A stretch of DNA of 64,000 bases from a virus (IMGVR_UViG_3300022602_000036:64001-128000); one strand, 5' to 3'. Positions 1 to 10,182 are shown, counted from the first letter of the stretch. The notes: a model not told the origin generated them from the letters alone. Numbers and translations are program-made.

Positions 1-126
1 GGGCGCATGAAATACTGCGGTTTTTGGCCCTGGCGAATCCATATAAACATTAATATTTTTTACTATGGTAATGTTAGGTAATTCTGCCCAACTATCGCAA
101 ACACTGGTATCACTATAGATAATCAT
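1..126 (-). CDS. partial hypothetical protein (runs off left edge)
   Basis: ATG at 126 reads MIIYSDTSVCDSWAELPNITIVKNINVYMDSPGPKTAVFHAP, open to the window edge; TAAATA 5 nt upstream on - strand (132-137). Confidence 0.55.
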   Translation of the reverse strand, partial: MIIYSDTSVCDSWAELPNITIVKNINVYMDSPGPKTAVFHAP

Positions 127-149
127 TTTAATATTTAATGAAATTTTGG

Positions 150-178
150 TTGACACAACCATAAACTGATAGTATAAT
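150..178 (+). promoter_or_regulatory. sigma70-type early promoter
   Basis: TTGACA-N17-TATAAT. Confidence 0.85.
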
Positions 179-211
179 AACACTTATGTTTTTAAGTATG
201 AAAGGTCAATC

Positions 212-628
212 ATGGGTTTAGACATGTATGCTTACGTTGCTGCCAAAGCAGGTCAAAATAGTGAATATTGGGACACCTGTGAGTTCAACGAAGAAACTGG
301 TGAGTATGTTAATCCCAAAGTAAGTAAACCTATTGAAATCGCCTACTGGCGCAAGCATCCAAACCTACATGGTTGGATGTACAATCTCTGGGTCAGTAAA
401 GGCAATGAAGGTGAGTTCAACGGTGATGAACTAGAGCTGACCTGGGAAGACATTGACCAACTTGAAGAAGATCTCAAACGAGGTCGTGTTAAAGGTGTTG
501 AAGCAACGGGGTTCTTCTGGGGTGATCCAAGTGATGATTACTACTACGAAGATGATTTAAAATTTATCAAGGAGGCACGCAGCCAGTTGTTCTTAGGCCT
601 AAAAGTGTTTTATAATAGTTCATGGTAG
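212..628 (+). CDS. hypothetical phage protein (MGLDMY...YWRKH type)
   Basis: 138 aa acidic ORF behind a consensus promoter; MGLDxY start and YWRK-x-x-x-LHGW motif typical of a phage hypothetical family. Confidence 0.8.
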   Translation: MGLDMYAYVAAKAGQNSEYWDTCEFNEETGEYVNPKVSKPIEIAYWRKHPNLHGWMYNLWVSKGNEGEFNGDELELTWEDIDQLEEDLKRGRVKGVEATGFFWGDPSDDYYYEDDLKFIKEARSQLFLGLKVFYNSSW

Positions 629-819
629 ATAAAAATAAATTAGAAGAATTACAGACCCAAATTGGGCTAGTACACGATATCATCAGACACACTGATGTTA
701 AAGATCCTCGTATGGAAAGTCTGCGAGGACTTTTAGCTACAATGTATCAGAAGTTAAGTGAGTTAGAACCGCCCAGAGATAAATTAGATAAACCGCTACT
801 AAGTGAAGACAGCCTATGA
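622..819 (+). CDS. hypothetical protein
   Basis: 65 aa ORF overlapping both neighbours in operon fashion. Confidence 0.6.
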   Translation: MVDKNKLEELQTQIGLVHDIIRHTDVKDPRMESLRGLLATMYQKLSELEPPRDKLDKPLLSEDSL

Positions 820-1082
820 CCGTAAAAGAAATCCAAATAAACGACGACTTCGTGTACAATAACGAAGAAGAAGCCGAAATGGGGCAGTTACATGCCATCC
901 ACAACAACATGAATGCTATCGCTAACGTGCGCCGCCAATTAGAACAGCAAGCGGCGCAACCAAGCCTTACGCACTGTGAAGAGTGCGGAGATGAAATTCC
1001 AGAAAAGCGTAGGTCAGCTATTCGCGGAGTCAAGCTCTGCGTATTTTGTCAAGAATTACAAGAACGAACAAAAGGAAGATAA
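816..1082 (+). CDS. TraR/DksA-family C4 zinc-finger protein
   Basis: CEECGDEIPEKRR...LCVFCQE matches the TraR/DksA C4 finger. Confidence 0.9.
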   Translation: MTVKEIQINDDFVYNNEEEAEMGQLHAIHNNMNAIANVRRQLEQQAAQPSLTHCEECGDEIPEKRRSAIRGVKLCVFCQELQERTKGR

Positions 1083-1703
1083 ATGTCAAATTTAGTCCCA
1101 ATGGTAGTAGAACGTACAAGTCAAGGCGAACGTGCCTATGACATTTATTCACGTCTACTTAAAGATCGTATCGTGATGTTAGATACTGATGTTAATGAAC
1201 ATACAGCCAGTTCAATCGTAGCACAGATGTTATACCTAGAAGCAGAAAATTCAGAAGCAGACATCTTATTCTATATCAACAGTCCAGGTGGCAGTGTAAC
1301 TGCTGGCTTGGCTATCTATGATACTATGCAGTTTATCCGTCCAGATGTGCGTACTATTGTTCTTGGGCAGGCATGTAGTATGGGTAGTTTCCTTGCTCAA
1401 GCAGGTCATCCAGGCAAGCGTTTTGTCTTACCAGAAGCACGTACAATGATCCATCGTGTTAGTTCAGGTACTCCTGGCACACGTGGTAGTGTACACGTAC
1501 AAGATCTACAGTTTGAAGATGCTAAACGTAGTTTTGAAGAAAGTGTGCGCATTAACAAACGTCTAACTGAACTCTATGTCAAACATAATACGCAAGGTAA
1601 GACCTACGAAGAATTGTTTGACACTATGAAGTTTGATACATTCTTATCAGCAGAAGAAGCAGTGGCCTATGGGCTTGCTGACGAGGTGATTACAAAAAGA
1701 TAA
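1083..1703 (+). CDS. clpP: ATP-dependent Clp protease proteolytic subunit
   Basis: [23 protein letters not shown] and YINSPGG; catalytic Ser (GQACSMG), His (MIHR), Asp (FDTFL). Confidence 0.97.
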   Translation: MSNLVPMVVERTSQGERAYDIYSRLLKDRIVMLDTDVNEHTASSIVAQMLYLEAENSEADILFYINSPGGSVTAGLAIYDTMQFIRPDVRTIVLGQACSMGSFLAQAGHPGKRFVLPEARTMIHRVSSGTPGTRGSVHVQDLQFEDAKRSFEESVRINKRLTELYVKHNTQGKTYEELFDTMKFDTFLSAEEAVAYGLADEVITKR

Positions 1704-2875
1704 TGTTTTTTCACATTAGCAAAACTGCACAGACTAATTTTAAACATAACTATCAAACTGATCATTTTGTTATAAATTTAGATGATGGGTGGACACAGGT
1801 ACAAGACTACCACGGTGATCTTGTATGGTACAAGGGATATTTAGACAACGCAGATCTAAGTCATTTTGCTGTAAGAATCAGTGAAGAAATATCTCCCACC
1901 CATAGCGGCAATTTTTGTATTATCAAAGTCACTGACAGTGGCCTGCTGATAAGAACTGATAATCTCAGAAGTTTTCCAATTTGGTATGACTATGATCTTG
2001 GATTAACAAATCTGAGAGAAATAGGCAAGTTGCAGTACACTGATGGAATAGTTGGTCTTACCAATAACCTAGAATTAATCCATACTGCATTTGACCCAAT
2101 TGGCTCAATTGACGATTCGCCTGTGTCATTTGATCAGGCAGTTGATCAAATTGACCTTATACTGAAATCAAAAGTTCAACAGTTTATTGAATACAATAGA
2201 CTGCCTTTGCGTGTATTTTTAAGTGGTGGCGTGGATACCGCTCTGCTGTTTTCATATATAAAAAACTACACTGACGACTACCATATAGTTACAAATGGGT
2301 ATATAGAACACGATTATTTTTATCTTAAAAATCACGGGCATTTGAGTAGATTTTGGGCATATAACCAAATTCACTATTGGGCAGAAAATTGTGTGTTGGC
2401 CAGCGGAGCTCCTGGTGATGAATTTACTGCCAGAAATCCTGTAACAGTTGATCAGCTATTGCAGGCCCACGGCTCTTCATTTGTCAAAGTAATGTCTGAG
2501 GAAAGATTTAAAAATAGTCTTAATTATGATTTTTTTAAACGTAGTTACATAGAAAAATTATCCAACACACCCGCACAATCTGCAACACTAGCCGAAGCTA
2601 TAAAACAGTGTTGCGAATACAATGCCAATGACTGGCAACACTGGCATTTAGGAAAAACATTAACTTGGACTCCGTTCAGAGATATGAATATGTTTAAGTT
2701 AGTGGCCAGACTGCCCTTAGAAGATCTCAAACACCAACTAATGGATAGTAGTATTCAAATTGAATTAATACGTAGAAATAGTCCAGAACTGTTGTCTGTA
2801 CTTTCATCTCAAAAAAATGCCCTAAATTACATGGAAAATGTAGTTGGCTATCTACAAAAAATCAAAGACTTATAA
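1703..2875 (+). CDS. asparagine-synthetase-like N-type ATP pyrophosphatase
   Basis: PP-loop FLSGGVDT and SGAPGDE motif; degenerate N-terminal domain lacking Cys2. Confidence 0.65.
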   Translation: MFFHISKTAQTNFKHNYQTDHFVINLDDGWTQVQDYHGDLVWYKGYLDNADLSHFAVRISEEISPTHSGNFCIIKVTDSGLLIRTDNLRSFPIWYDYDLGLTNLREIGKLQYTDGIVGLTNNLELIHTAFDPIGSIDDSPVSFDQAVDQIDLILKSKVQQFIEYNRLPLRVFLSGGVDTALLFSYIKNYTDDYHIVTNGYIEHDYFYLKNHGHLSRFWAYNQIHYWAENCVLASGAPGDEFTARNPVTVDQLLQAHGSSFVKVMSEERFKNSLNYDFFKRSYIEKLSNTPAQSATLAEAIKQCCEYNANDWQHWHLGKTLTWTPFRDMNMFKLVARLPLEDLKHQLMDSSIQIELIRRNSPELLSVLSSQKNALNYMENVVGYLQKIKDL

Positions 2876-2909
2876 GTCACTGATATTTTCCCTTTTCTGC
2901 TGATTTTGG

Positions 2910-2938
2910 TTGACTTTTTGGTTAAGTGACTGTATAAT
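2910..2938 (+). promoter_or_regulatory. sigma70-type early promoter
   Basis: TTGACT-N17-TATAAT. Confidence 0.85.
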
Positions 2939-2969
2939 ATACACATATTAACAATAAGGAACTAGACAA

Positions 2970-3245
2970 ATGCAACTAATTAAACATGATTATCAAGTAG
3001 GCGATGATGTTAGTTACGGTTTCAATGGTGATTGGTATTACGCAGGTAAGGTTGCTCGTATCACTAAAAAGTATCTGACTACATTCACAGGCCATAAGTT
3101 TTATCTAAAAGAATTCCGTTCACGTGTGTATGACTCTGCTACATTTGACTATGTAGATGTTATGAAAGAATACTTTGTCAGTGTGGGCAATGGCACTTGG
3201 ACACTTACCAAAGGCCGCAAAGAAGAGTTGAACCCACACTTTTAA
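2970..3245 (+). CDS. hypothetical early protein
   Basis: 91 aa, SD AAGGA, own promoter. Confidence 0.8.
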   Translation: MQLIKHDYQVGDDVSYGFNGDWYYAGKVARITKKYLTTFTGHKFYLKEFRSRVYDSATFDYVDVMKEYFVSVGNGTWTLTKGRKEELNPHF

Positions 3246-3258
3246 GATTAGATTTTGG

Positions 3259-3287
3259 TTGACTTTTTGGTTAAAAGAATGTATAAT
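3259..3287 (+). promoter_or_regulatory. sigma70-type early promoter
   Basis: TTGACT-N17-TATAAT, near-duplicate of 2910-2938. Confidence 0.85.
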
Positions 3288-3320
3288 GTTACACATACAC
3301 TAACAACACAGGAGCAATAA

Positions 3321-3641
3321 ATGGACATTCAAGCTATTAAAAATGAAGCACAAACAGCCGCAATTACAGCAGAACAAGCATTTATTGCCCAGCATGGTGA
3401 AATGGCCTACTGTGGTTTTGCTTGGGTAGATGTGTTTGTATCGCGTACTAATTCAAAAGAAGCCAAAGCACTAGCTGAAATGGGCTTTAAGAAAAGCTAT
3501 CGTCCAAAAACAATGAACCTATGGACTTGTGGTAGCTACAATGGTCAAAGCATGGATGTTAAAGAAGCAGGTGCACGTGCTTACGCAGATGTGTTAACCA
3601 AACATGGTTTCCGTGCTTACATGGGTTCACGTGCAGACTAA
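3321..3641 (+). CDS. hypothetical phage protein (CGFAWV...QSMDxKEA type)
   Basis: 106 aa, SD AGGAG. Confidence 0.85.
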   Translation: MDIQAIKNEAQTAAITAEQAFIAQHGEMAYCGFAWVDVFVSRTNSKEAKALAEMGFKKSYRPKTMNLWTCGSYNGQSMDVKEAGARAYADVLTKHGFRAYMGSRAD

Positions 3642-3655
3642 CTAAGGAGCAAACA

Positions 3656-3841
3656 ATGGATAAGGCAATGAAAGTAATTCAGGGCGTTGGTGAAGTTGGT
3701 ATTGATACAGAAGCAAGTCCGGGTAATGGTCGTTGGTATGTCAAGCACTATGCTACTGGGTATGATGTCTGTGGCTTTGACAGTGAACAAGAAGCCTTAG
3801 ATGAACTTGAATATGTTGAAAATGACACTGTAGCGGTATAA
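3656..3841 (+). CDS. hypothetical protein
   Basis: 61 aa, SD AAGGAG. Confidence 0.7.
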   Translation: MDKAMKVIQGVGEVGIDTEASPGNGRWYVKHYATGYDVCGFDSEQEALDELEYVENDTVAV

Positions 3842-3847
3842 TTTTGG

Positions 3848-3876
3848 TTGACAATCAAATCAAAAGGTGCTATAAT
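3848..3876 (+). promoter_or_regulatory. sigma70-type early promoter
   Basis: TTGACA-N17-TATAAT, ATG 6 nt downstream. Confidence 0.85.
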
Positions 3877-3882
3877 AGCTTT

Positions 3883-4089
3883 ATGAAATACAATAATTTA
3901 ACAAGAATTTGTGGTGGCAACATCACTCCGCAGGCACTCAAAGGAGTGTTTGCTGATCTAGAATTTCAAACTACTGCCGTAAAGCAAGAGTTTTGGGAGT
4001 ACATGTTTGAGATGGGTGAAGCCTTTGGAGACATTCAAAGCTTCGTAGTTCAAGATAGACAACAACAAGAAGGAGTAGTAAATGTTTAA
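3883..4089 (+). CDS. hypothetical protein (probable leaderless start at 3883)
   Basis: track start 3844 lies upstream of the promoter; in-frame ATG 3883 follows the -10 box. Confidence 0.6.
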   Translation: MKYNNLTRICGGNITPQALKGVFADLEFQTTAVKQEFWEYMFEMGEAFGDIQSFVVQDRQQQEGVVNV

Positions 4090-4393
4090 AGTAACAGGTA
4101 TTTCAACGTTAAATGGTAAGACCAAGGTTCGTTTTGCTAATGATCTAGTTAGCCGTGTTAAAATCTTAAACAAAGATGGTCACACAGACATTAACCTTAT
4201 CGAGTTACCAACAGCTATGTCTAAGTTAGACGCTGTAAACTACTTGAAAACCACAGACCTTTACAGTAAATTTGCAGCAGCAATTGACGCGGCAGATGAA
4301 AAGTATGCAGGTCTTGGCACTGTTAAAGTTACTAAGCCTAGCCTAGAAGCAATCAAGGCTCGTGCTGGTATCACTGAAACAGAAGCTGCCTGA
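4082..4393 (+). CDS. hypothetical phage protein (KVRFAND motif)
   Basis: 103 aa, SD AAGGAG, followed by terminator. Confidence 0.85.
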   Translation: MFKVTGISTLNGKTKVRFANDLVSRVKILNKDGHTDINLIELPTAMSKLDAVNYLKTTDLYSKFAAAIDAADEKYAGLGTVKVTKPSLEAIKARAGITETEAA

Positions 4394-4407
4394 GTGGAGC
4401 AGGACCT

Positions 4408-4440
4408 AAAAAGCCCGCTCTGACGCGGGCTTTTTATTTT
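4408..4440 (+). terminator. rho-independent terminator
   Basis: AAAAAGCCCGC-tctgac-GCGGGCTTTTT. Confidence 0.9.
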
Positions 4441-4504
4441 AGAGTAAATACTGGTGTAAGCGATCTCTTCATAATGATCTGACCGCTAATATGAGGAGAG
4501 TAAA

Positions 4505-4909
4505 ATGCTTAAACACTTAGCGGTTATCAGTCTTTTTGTGTCTTCTACAGCATTAGCAGACACAGTAGTTCAAGAATTATACATGCCTAATGACGCAGGT
4601 GGTTATGTAACGTTAACCATGGATGAATGCAAGTTGGGTGACAGAGTCAAAAAAGATTATCCTTTCCGAACCTATGCTACAGAAGATGAAGAAGGTAAGA
4701 TCAAGCATGAAGGGTGTTGGATACGTCCAAGCACAGATGATGCACCAAAGGTTCAGGGTATGACTATTATTCCGTTGGTTAATACCTATTGGGAAGGTGG
4801 CGATCGTGCTACATTCCAAGCCAGCCAATTTGGACCAATTAAACAGCGTTGGGATTTTAAGCTACCCCCAATAGAAGTTAAGCCAGAACATATACCAAAT
4901 TCAATTTAA
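4505..4909 (+). CDS. exported hypothetical protein
   Basis: Sec signal MLKHLAVISLFVSSTALA|D; two Cys; TAAATA at 4445-4450. Confidence 0.8.
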   Translation: MLKHLAVISLFVSSTALADTVVQELYMPNDAGGYVTLTMDECKLGDRVKKDYPFRTYATEDEEGKIKHEGCWIRPSTDDAPKVQGMTIIPLVNTYWEGGDRATFQASQFGPIKQRWDFKLPPIEVKPEHIPNSI

Positions 4910-4943
4910 TGTATGGGCATACCCATATGATAATAAATATGGT

Positions 4944-5096
4944 ATGGACATTAAAGACTATACTGATGTTGGCGTAACTGAACAGGATTTGAGTAAGGTC
5001 CTCGTCAGTAATGAGCCAACCAACGGTGAACAACAACTTAACAAGGCAACTGGGCAAGTTGAAGTTTACTATAACGGCATGTGGTGCGTACGATGA
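4944..5096 (+). CDS. small hypothetical protein (50 aa, not in track)
   Basis: MDIKDYTDVGVTEQDLSKVLVSNEPTNGEQQLNKATGQVEVYYNGMWCVR; TAAATA at 4934-4939. Confidence 0.6.
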   Translation: MDIKDYTDVGVTEQDLSKVLVSNEPTNGEQQLNKATGQVEVYYNGMWCVR

Positions 5097-5203
5097 CTTT
5101 TGGCGAAATATTTACTGTTGGGGTAGTGGTGATTATCGTCTGTGTCATGCTAGATGAATTTTTAACAGCCTATGAAGAATACATGGGCAGTGATGACGAA
5201 TAG
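5093..5203 (+). CDS. small membrane peptide (36 aa, not in track)
   Basis: ATGA overlap with previous ORF; MTFGEIFTVGVVVIIVCVMLDEFLTAYEEYMGSDDE. Confidence 0.5.
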   Translation: MTFGEIFTVGVVVIIVCVMLDEFLTAYEEYMGSDDE

Positions 5204-5269
5204 AGATTAACATGAAAACAATGTACATGGAGACTGTTATGCGATCGTAAACTTTACGAGGAGCATAAT

Positions 5270-5587
5270 ATGTCTAGAACACGTAGACGTAAGCGTGGCG
5301 ACCACACTGATCTAGCTTGGCAAACTAGAGAAATGATCAAAGTCCCAGGCAGATTAATTTGGGTGCCAATGGACCCAAAAACCAAGCAGTATAAACGAGT
5401 AGTAAACAAGTATCACAGTGATGCAGGCACACATAAGTTTAACAACTGTCCACAAGGATGGTGGGTTAACATGGTAATGCAAAGACCACATCGCCGTGAT
5501 GCTAAAAGAAAAATCCAAAAATGGTTGTTGGATCCAGAGTATGAAGTTATACTAAATGCTAAGGAACCACTTCCATATTGGGATTAA
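5270..5587 (+). CDS. basic hypothetical protein
   Basis: MSRTRRRKR..., SD GAGGAG. Confidence 0.8.
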   Translation: MSRTRRRKRGDHTDLAWQTREMIKVPGRLIWVPMDPKTKQYKRVVNKYHSDAGTHKFNNCPQGWWVNMVMQRPHRRDAKRKIQKWLLDPEYEVILNAKEPLPYWD

Positions 5588-5769
5588 AGAATTGTTGTAT
5601 GAAGCGAGTCCAAAAACGGACAAGACACGGGTTCGACTCCCGTCGCCTCCACCAAAGCATTTTTGAAAGAGAGTTTTTCGTTGGGGGTGCCATGGTATCG
5701 ATTGACGGCTTAGTAGGCAAGTGGACAACACAGTAGGCGATGACTGTAAATCAAGCAAAATCCGTAAAT

Positions 5770-5856
5770 GCAAAAGCATCTACACTTGGTACTGTAAAAG
5801 TATCTATGGGCCGCGGTTTCCGCTTTGCTCGTGGTACAGAAGCAGTAGCTGCCTAA
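5770..5856 (+). other. tmRNA tag reading frame AKASTLGTVKVSMGRGFRFARGTEAVAA*
   Basis: resume codon GCA after TAAAT; C-terminal AVAA; GCTG/CAGC hairpin around the stop. Confidence 0.85.
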
Positions 5857-5901
5857 GAAACAGCAACCACGGGGCAGTTATGCCTTGTTACCCAAAATAA
5901 C

Positions 5902-5923
5902 CAAACCCGCTTCGGCGGGTTTG
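5902..5923 (+). terminator. hairpin/terminator closing tmRNA gene
   Basis: CAAACCCGC-TTCG-GCGGGTTTG. Confidence 0.75.
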
Positions 5924-5940
5924 CTACCTCTAAAAAGAGG

Positions 5941-5969
5941 TTGACAACAATACCAAATGATACTATAAT
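5941..5969 (+). promoter_or_regulatory. sigma70-type early promoter
   Basis: TTGACA-N17-TATAAT. Confidence 0.85.
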
Positions 5970-6036
5970 AGTAACTAGTATGTCGTAGTTGGTTCTACGC
6001 ATACGTTAATTCAACTTTAGGACAAAGGAGAAATAT

Positions 6037-7335
6037 ATGTCACAAGCAACATCTTGGGTTAATCACTTGGCTGCTAACCCTGACCCAAAATATCCTAATC
6101 AAGGATACCCAGAAGTAATTGCTCAACGTTTTGGTAAAGATTTGGACCAAATACTTGGACCAGTATCCCAACGACGACCATATGACCAAATTAGTCAAAC
6201 AGAAGTAGAAAGCAGACTTGAATTAGTTGACGAAAAACTATTCCTTGCTAATATGCGTGGGGGCAAACAGCAACTTCTACAAACATTTTATGATTTGTTA
6301 GAGCACTTAGAAGATACTAAAGCATTATGGGGTATTGATATTCCTTTGATGAATATCATGCCAATGGAAGGCGTTGAACGCCACGCTGTAGAAAAGTTAT
6401 GGATTAACTATCGTTCACAGCGTACATTATATGCACGTCACATTGTTCAGATTGTTTTTAAATTTGATCCATGGAGTGTGTTTAATGGCATTGGGCGCAT
6501 GACTAAAGATTTAAAACGACTGTTTATCAATGATGCCCAACACCGTACTATTGCTTGTATGATTTTTGGTATTAGATATATGTCTGTACAATATCGCATC
6601 AGTGACGATGAAAACGTAGACATTGATCAGTTCTGTGCTTGTAATGTAGATAACCTACCGTCAGAAGCATACGATAACTATCGCAACCGTAAAGAACGTT
6701 GTGATGCTTATATCCAGGCTGATCGTCCACCGATCCGTGAAGATAAGTTTATGTGGGATATCGCACAATGGGCTCAACGTTGGGCTGTTAATATTTGTCG
6801 TGTAGGGGATCCTGTAGCTAACGGTGCAAGAGGTATTAGCCACATGGCAGATTTGTATAAATCTGCACGCATGGGATTTGACGTAATGGACGCTGCGGCA
6901 GCAGTGCTAGTTAAAGTTTACCCAAATGATCCAATGAAGTCAGCAAACTTAGTTGGACTATGCGAGTTATTGAAACAACAAGAACCCGAGTGGTTAGATG
7001 TAGACTACCAAGGTCCAAATAATTCAATCCTAAATCCTAAACTAGAGGATCTAGCTGAGATAATTGGAAAACGTTTTGGTAATGTAAACAAAGGTCAAAA
7101 TTCTGGTACATATCACGACCAATGTAAGCAAGCAATTAACAATTGGTATAAGGAAGCGTTTAATACTTTAAGTAACCCAAGTGGTATTGCACCTGAGGTA
7201 AAAGTTGCACACGCTACATATCACGTATATGATTCTTACAGTACCAAATATAAACTTACTGTGCCTAAAACAGAAAAAGGTGAGACATACAAAGTATTGT
7301 TATCATTCACAGAAGGATACAAAAAATGGATGTAG
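6037..7335 (+). CDS. ParB/Srx-superfamily (DGQHR-like) domain protein
   Basis: LWINYRSQR...FKFD...FINDAQHR...F..CN pattern resembles ParB-N/DGQHR-type domains; SD AAGGAG. Confidence 0.6.
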   Translation: MSQATSWVNHLAANPDPKYPNQGYPEVIAQRFGKDLDQILGPVSQRRPYDQISQTEVESRLELVDEKLFLANMRGGKQQLLQTFYDLLEHLEDTKALWGIDIPLMNIMPMEGVERHAVEKLWINYRSQRTLYARHIVQIVFKFDPWSVFNGIGRMTKDLKRLFINDAQHRTIACMIFGIRYMSVQYRISDDENVDIDQFCACNVDNLPSEAYDNYRNRKERCDAYIQADRPPIREDKFMWDIAQWAQRWAVNICRVGDPVANGARGISHMADLYKSARMGFDVMDAAAAVLVKVYPNDPMKSANLVGLCELLKQQEPEWLDVDYQGPNNSILNPKLEDLAEIIGKRFGNVNKGQNSGTYHDQCKQAINNWYKEAFNTLSNPSGIAPEVKVAHATYHVYDSYSTKYKLTVPKTEKGETYKVLLSFTEGYKKWM

Positions 7336-7757
7336 AACTAATTAACCAAAAGATTATTGAAGTAGAAAATAATCCATATCCGGATATGGATGAAGCAACT
7401 TATCTTAATAAAGATATTTGGTTTAAGGTAATTACAGGTAAAATGGATCTTAAAATGGTACAATGTATCTACTGGAGTATGCAACCGGAGTACGATGCAA
7501 CTCCGGAAGAGTTGTACAATATTAGTCCTGATTATCATAATGGTTTTAAGTTTTGTTATGGCCGCGGTAAGAATAGAGTAACTAGTGATGATATATTCTT
7601 ACCTAGTCCAGACCATGTGATTCCGCAAAAACACAACGGTCCGTCTACTATAGACAATCTTAAAATTGTTCCAAAGAAATATAATATTTGGAAACGAGAT
7701 ATGCTTAAAGAGGAATGGAATGACTTTAAAGTATGGATGGATAATCATTTAGAGTAG
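7326..7757 (+). CDS. HNH endonuclease-like protein
   Basis: SPDHVIPQKHNG....DNL......YN..K matches HNH core. Confidence 0.75.
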   Translation: MDVELINQKIIEVENNPYPDMDEATYLNKDIWFKVITGKMDLKMVQCIYWSMQPEYDATPEELYNISPDYHNGFKFCYGRGKNRVTSDDIFLPSPDHVIPQKHNGPSTIDNLKIVPKKYNIWKRDMLKEEWNDFKVWMDNHLE

Positions 7758-7764
7758 AAAACAC

Positions 7765-7794
7765 TTGACATAAATAATTCTGCTAGTGTATACT
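7765..7794 (+). promoter_or_regulatory. groESL promoter (sigma70-type with embedded TAAATA)
   Basis: TTGACA-N18-TATACT; TAAATA at 7771-7776. Confidence 0.65.
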
Positions 7795-7873
7795 GTATTA
7801 TCAAGTATATACTAGTAGTTTTGTGCCTTCGGGGCAAAACATTTTACTTGCTTAATTAAGGAGAAATAAAATC

Positions 7874-9795
<1,922 letters not shown>

Positions 9796-9822
9796 TTAAC
9801 TACCCAGTTAATTGCTTAAAAG

Positions 9823-9849
9823 AATAGCACCTTCGGGTGCTATTTTTTT
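9823..9849 (+). terminator. rho-independent terminator
   Basis: AATAGCACC-TTCG-GGTGCTATT plus T-run. Confidence 0.9.
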
Positions 9850-9875
9850 GTCTTGAACTTTTCAATTCTCTAGGA

Positions 9876-9881
9876 TAAATA
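9876..9881 (+). promoter_or_regulatory. T4-late-like promoter TAAATA (representative copy)
   Basis: same motif precedes structural/late genes at 16356, 19472, 29049, 32553, 33783, 34105, 39081, 41106, 46820, 48311, 51405, 53708, 56065, 57578, 58712, 62048 and on - strand at 132, 24426, 29400, 31916, 32524, 46796, 48198. Confidence 0.75.
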
Positions 9882-9925
9882 ACTTAAAGCAAGTAATCAT
9901 TTAACCTTGGGGAATATGGAACCAA

Positions 9926-10168
9926 ATGGCTAACACCAACTTTGTAGTTCAGAACGGCTTAACAGTCGGACCATTAACGATAGATGCAGCAACAGGTAGT
10001 ATTACCACAACAGGTAACTTGTCAGTTGCAGGTCTTACAGCTAATACCACACAAGAAACCCTTACAGCTAATACCGTATCAGTAACGCACGCGGCAGGAT
10101 TAACCATCAATGGAGTCCAAGCCGCCACAGTATCAGATGCGCAAGCATTTGCAATCGCATTAAGTTAA
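9926..10168 (+). CDS. small virion/tail-fibre-associated protein
   Basis: NFVVQNGLTVG start, A/T/G-rich, ends AFAIALS. Confidence 0.7.
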   Translation: MANTNFVVQNGLTVGPLTIDAATGSITTTGNLSVAGLTANTTQETLTANTVSVTHAAGLTINGVQAATVSDAQAFAIALS

Positions 10169-10182
10169 TAGGATAACATAAA

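Larger units (their letters stand above)
5591..5925 (+). ncRNA. ssrA: circularly permuted (two-piece) tmRNA
   Basis: 3' acceptor half first (T-arm ACGGG-TTCGACT-CCCGT, then CGCCTCC-A-CCA ending 5654); 28-nt intervening segment; 5' half GGGGGTG at 5683 forms a 7-bp acceptor stem with G3.U70; pk1-like ACAGT..ACTGT; TAAAT-GCA resume at 5770; tag ends GAAGCAGTAGCTGCCTAA (5856); outer ends approximate. Confidence 0.93.

Noticed and set aside
5624-5654. Isolated tRNA 3' fragment or attachment site
   Set aside because: Its matching 5' half and the tag frame lie just downstream, so it is part of an intact permuted tmRNA.
5552-5779. 75-aa - strand ORF in the track
   Set aside because: Antisense shadow of the tmRNA (GGDGSRTRV is the typical reverse translation of a T-arm).
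7758-7873. CIRCE element before groESL
   Set aside because: The inverted repeats do not match TTAGCACTC-N9-GAGTGCTAA.
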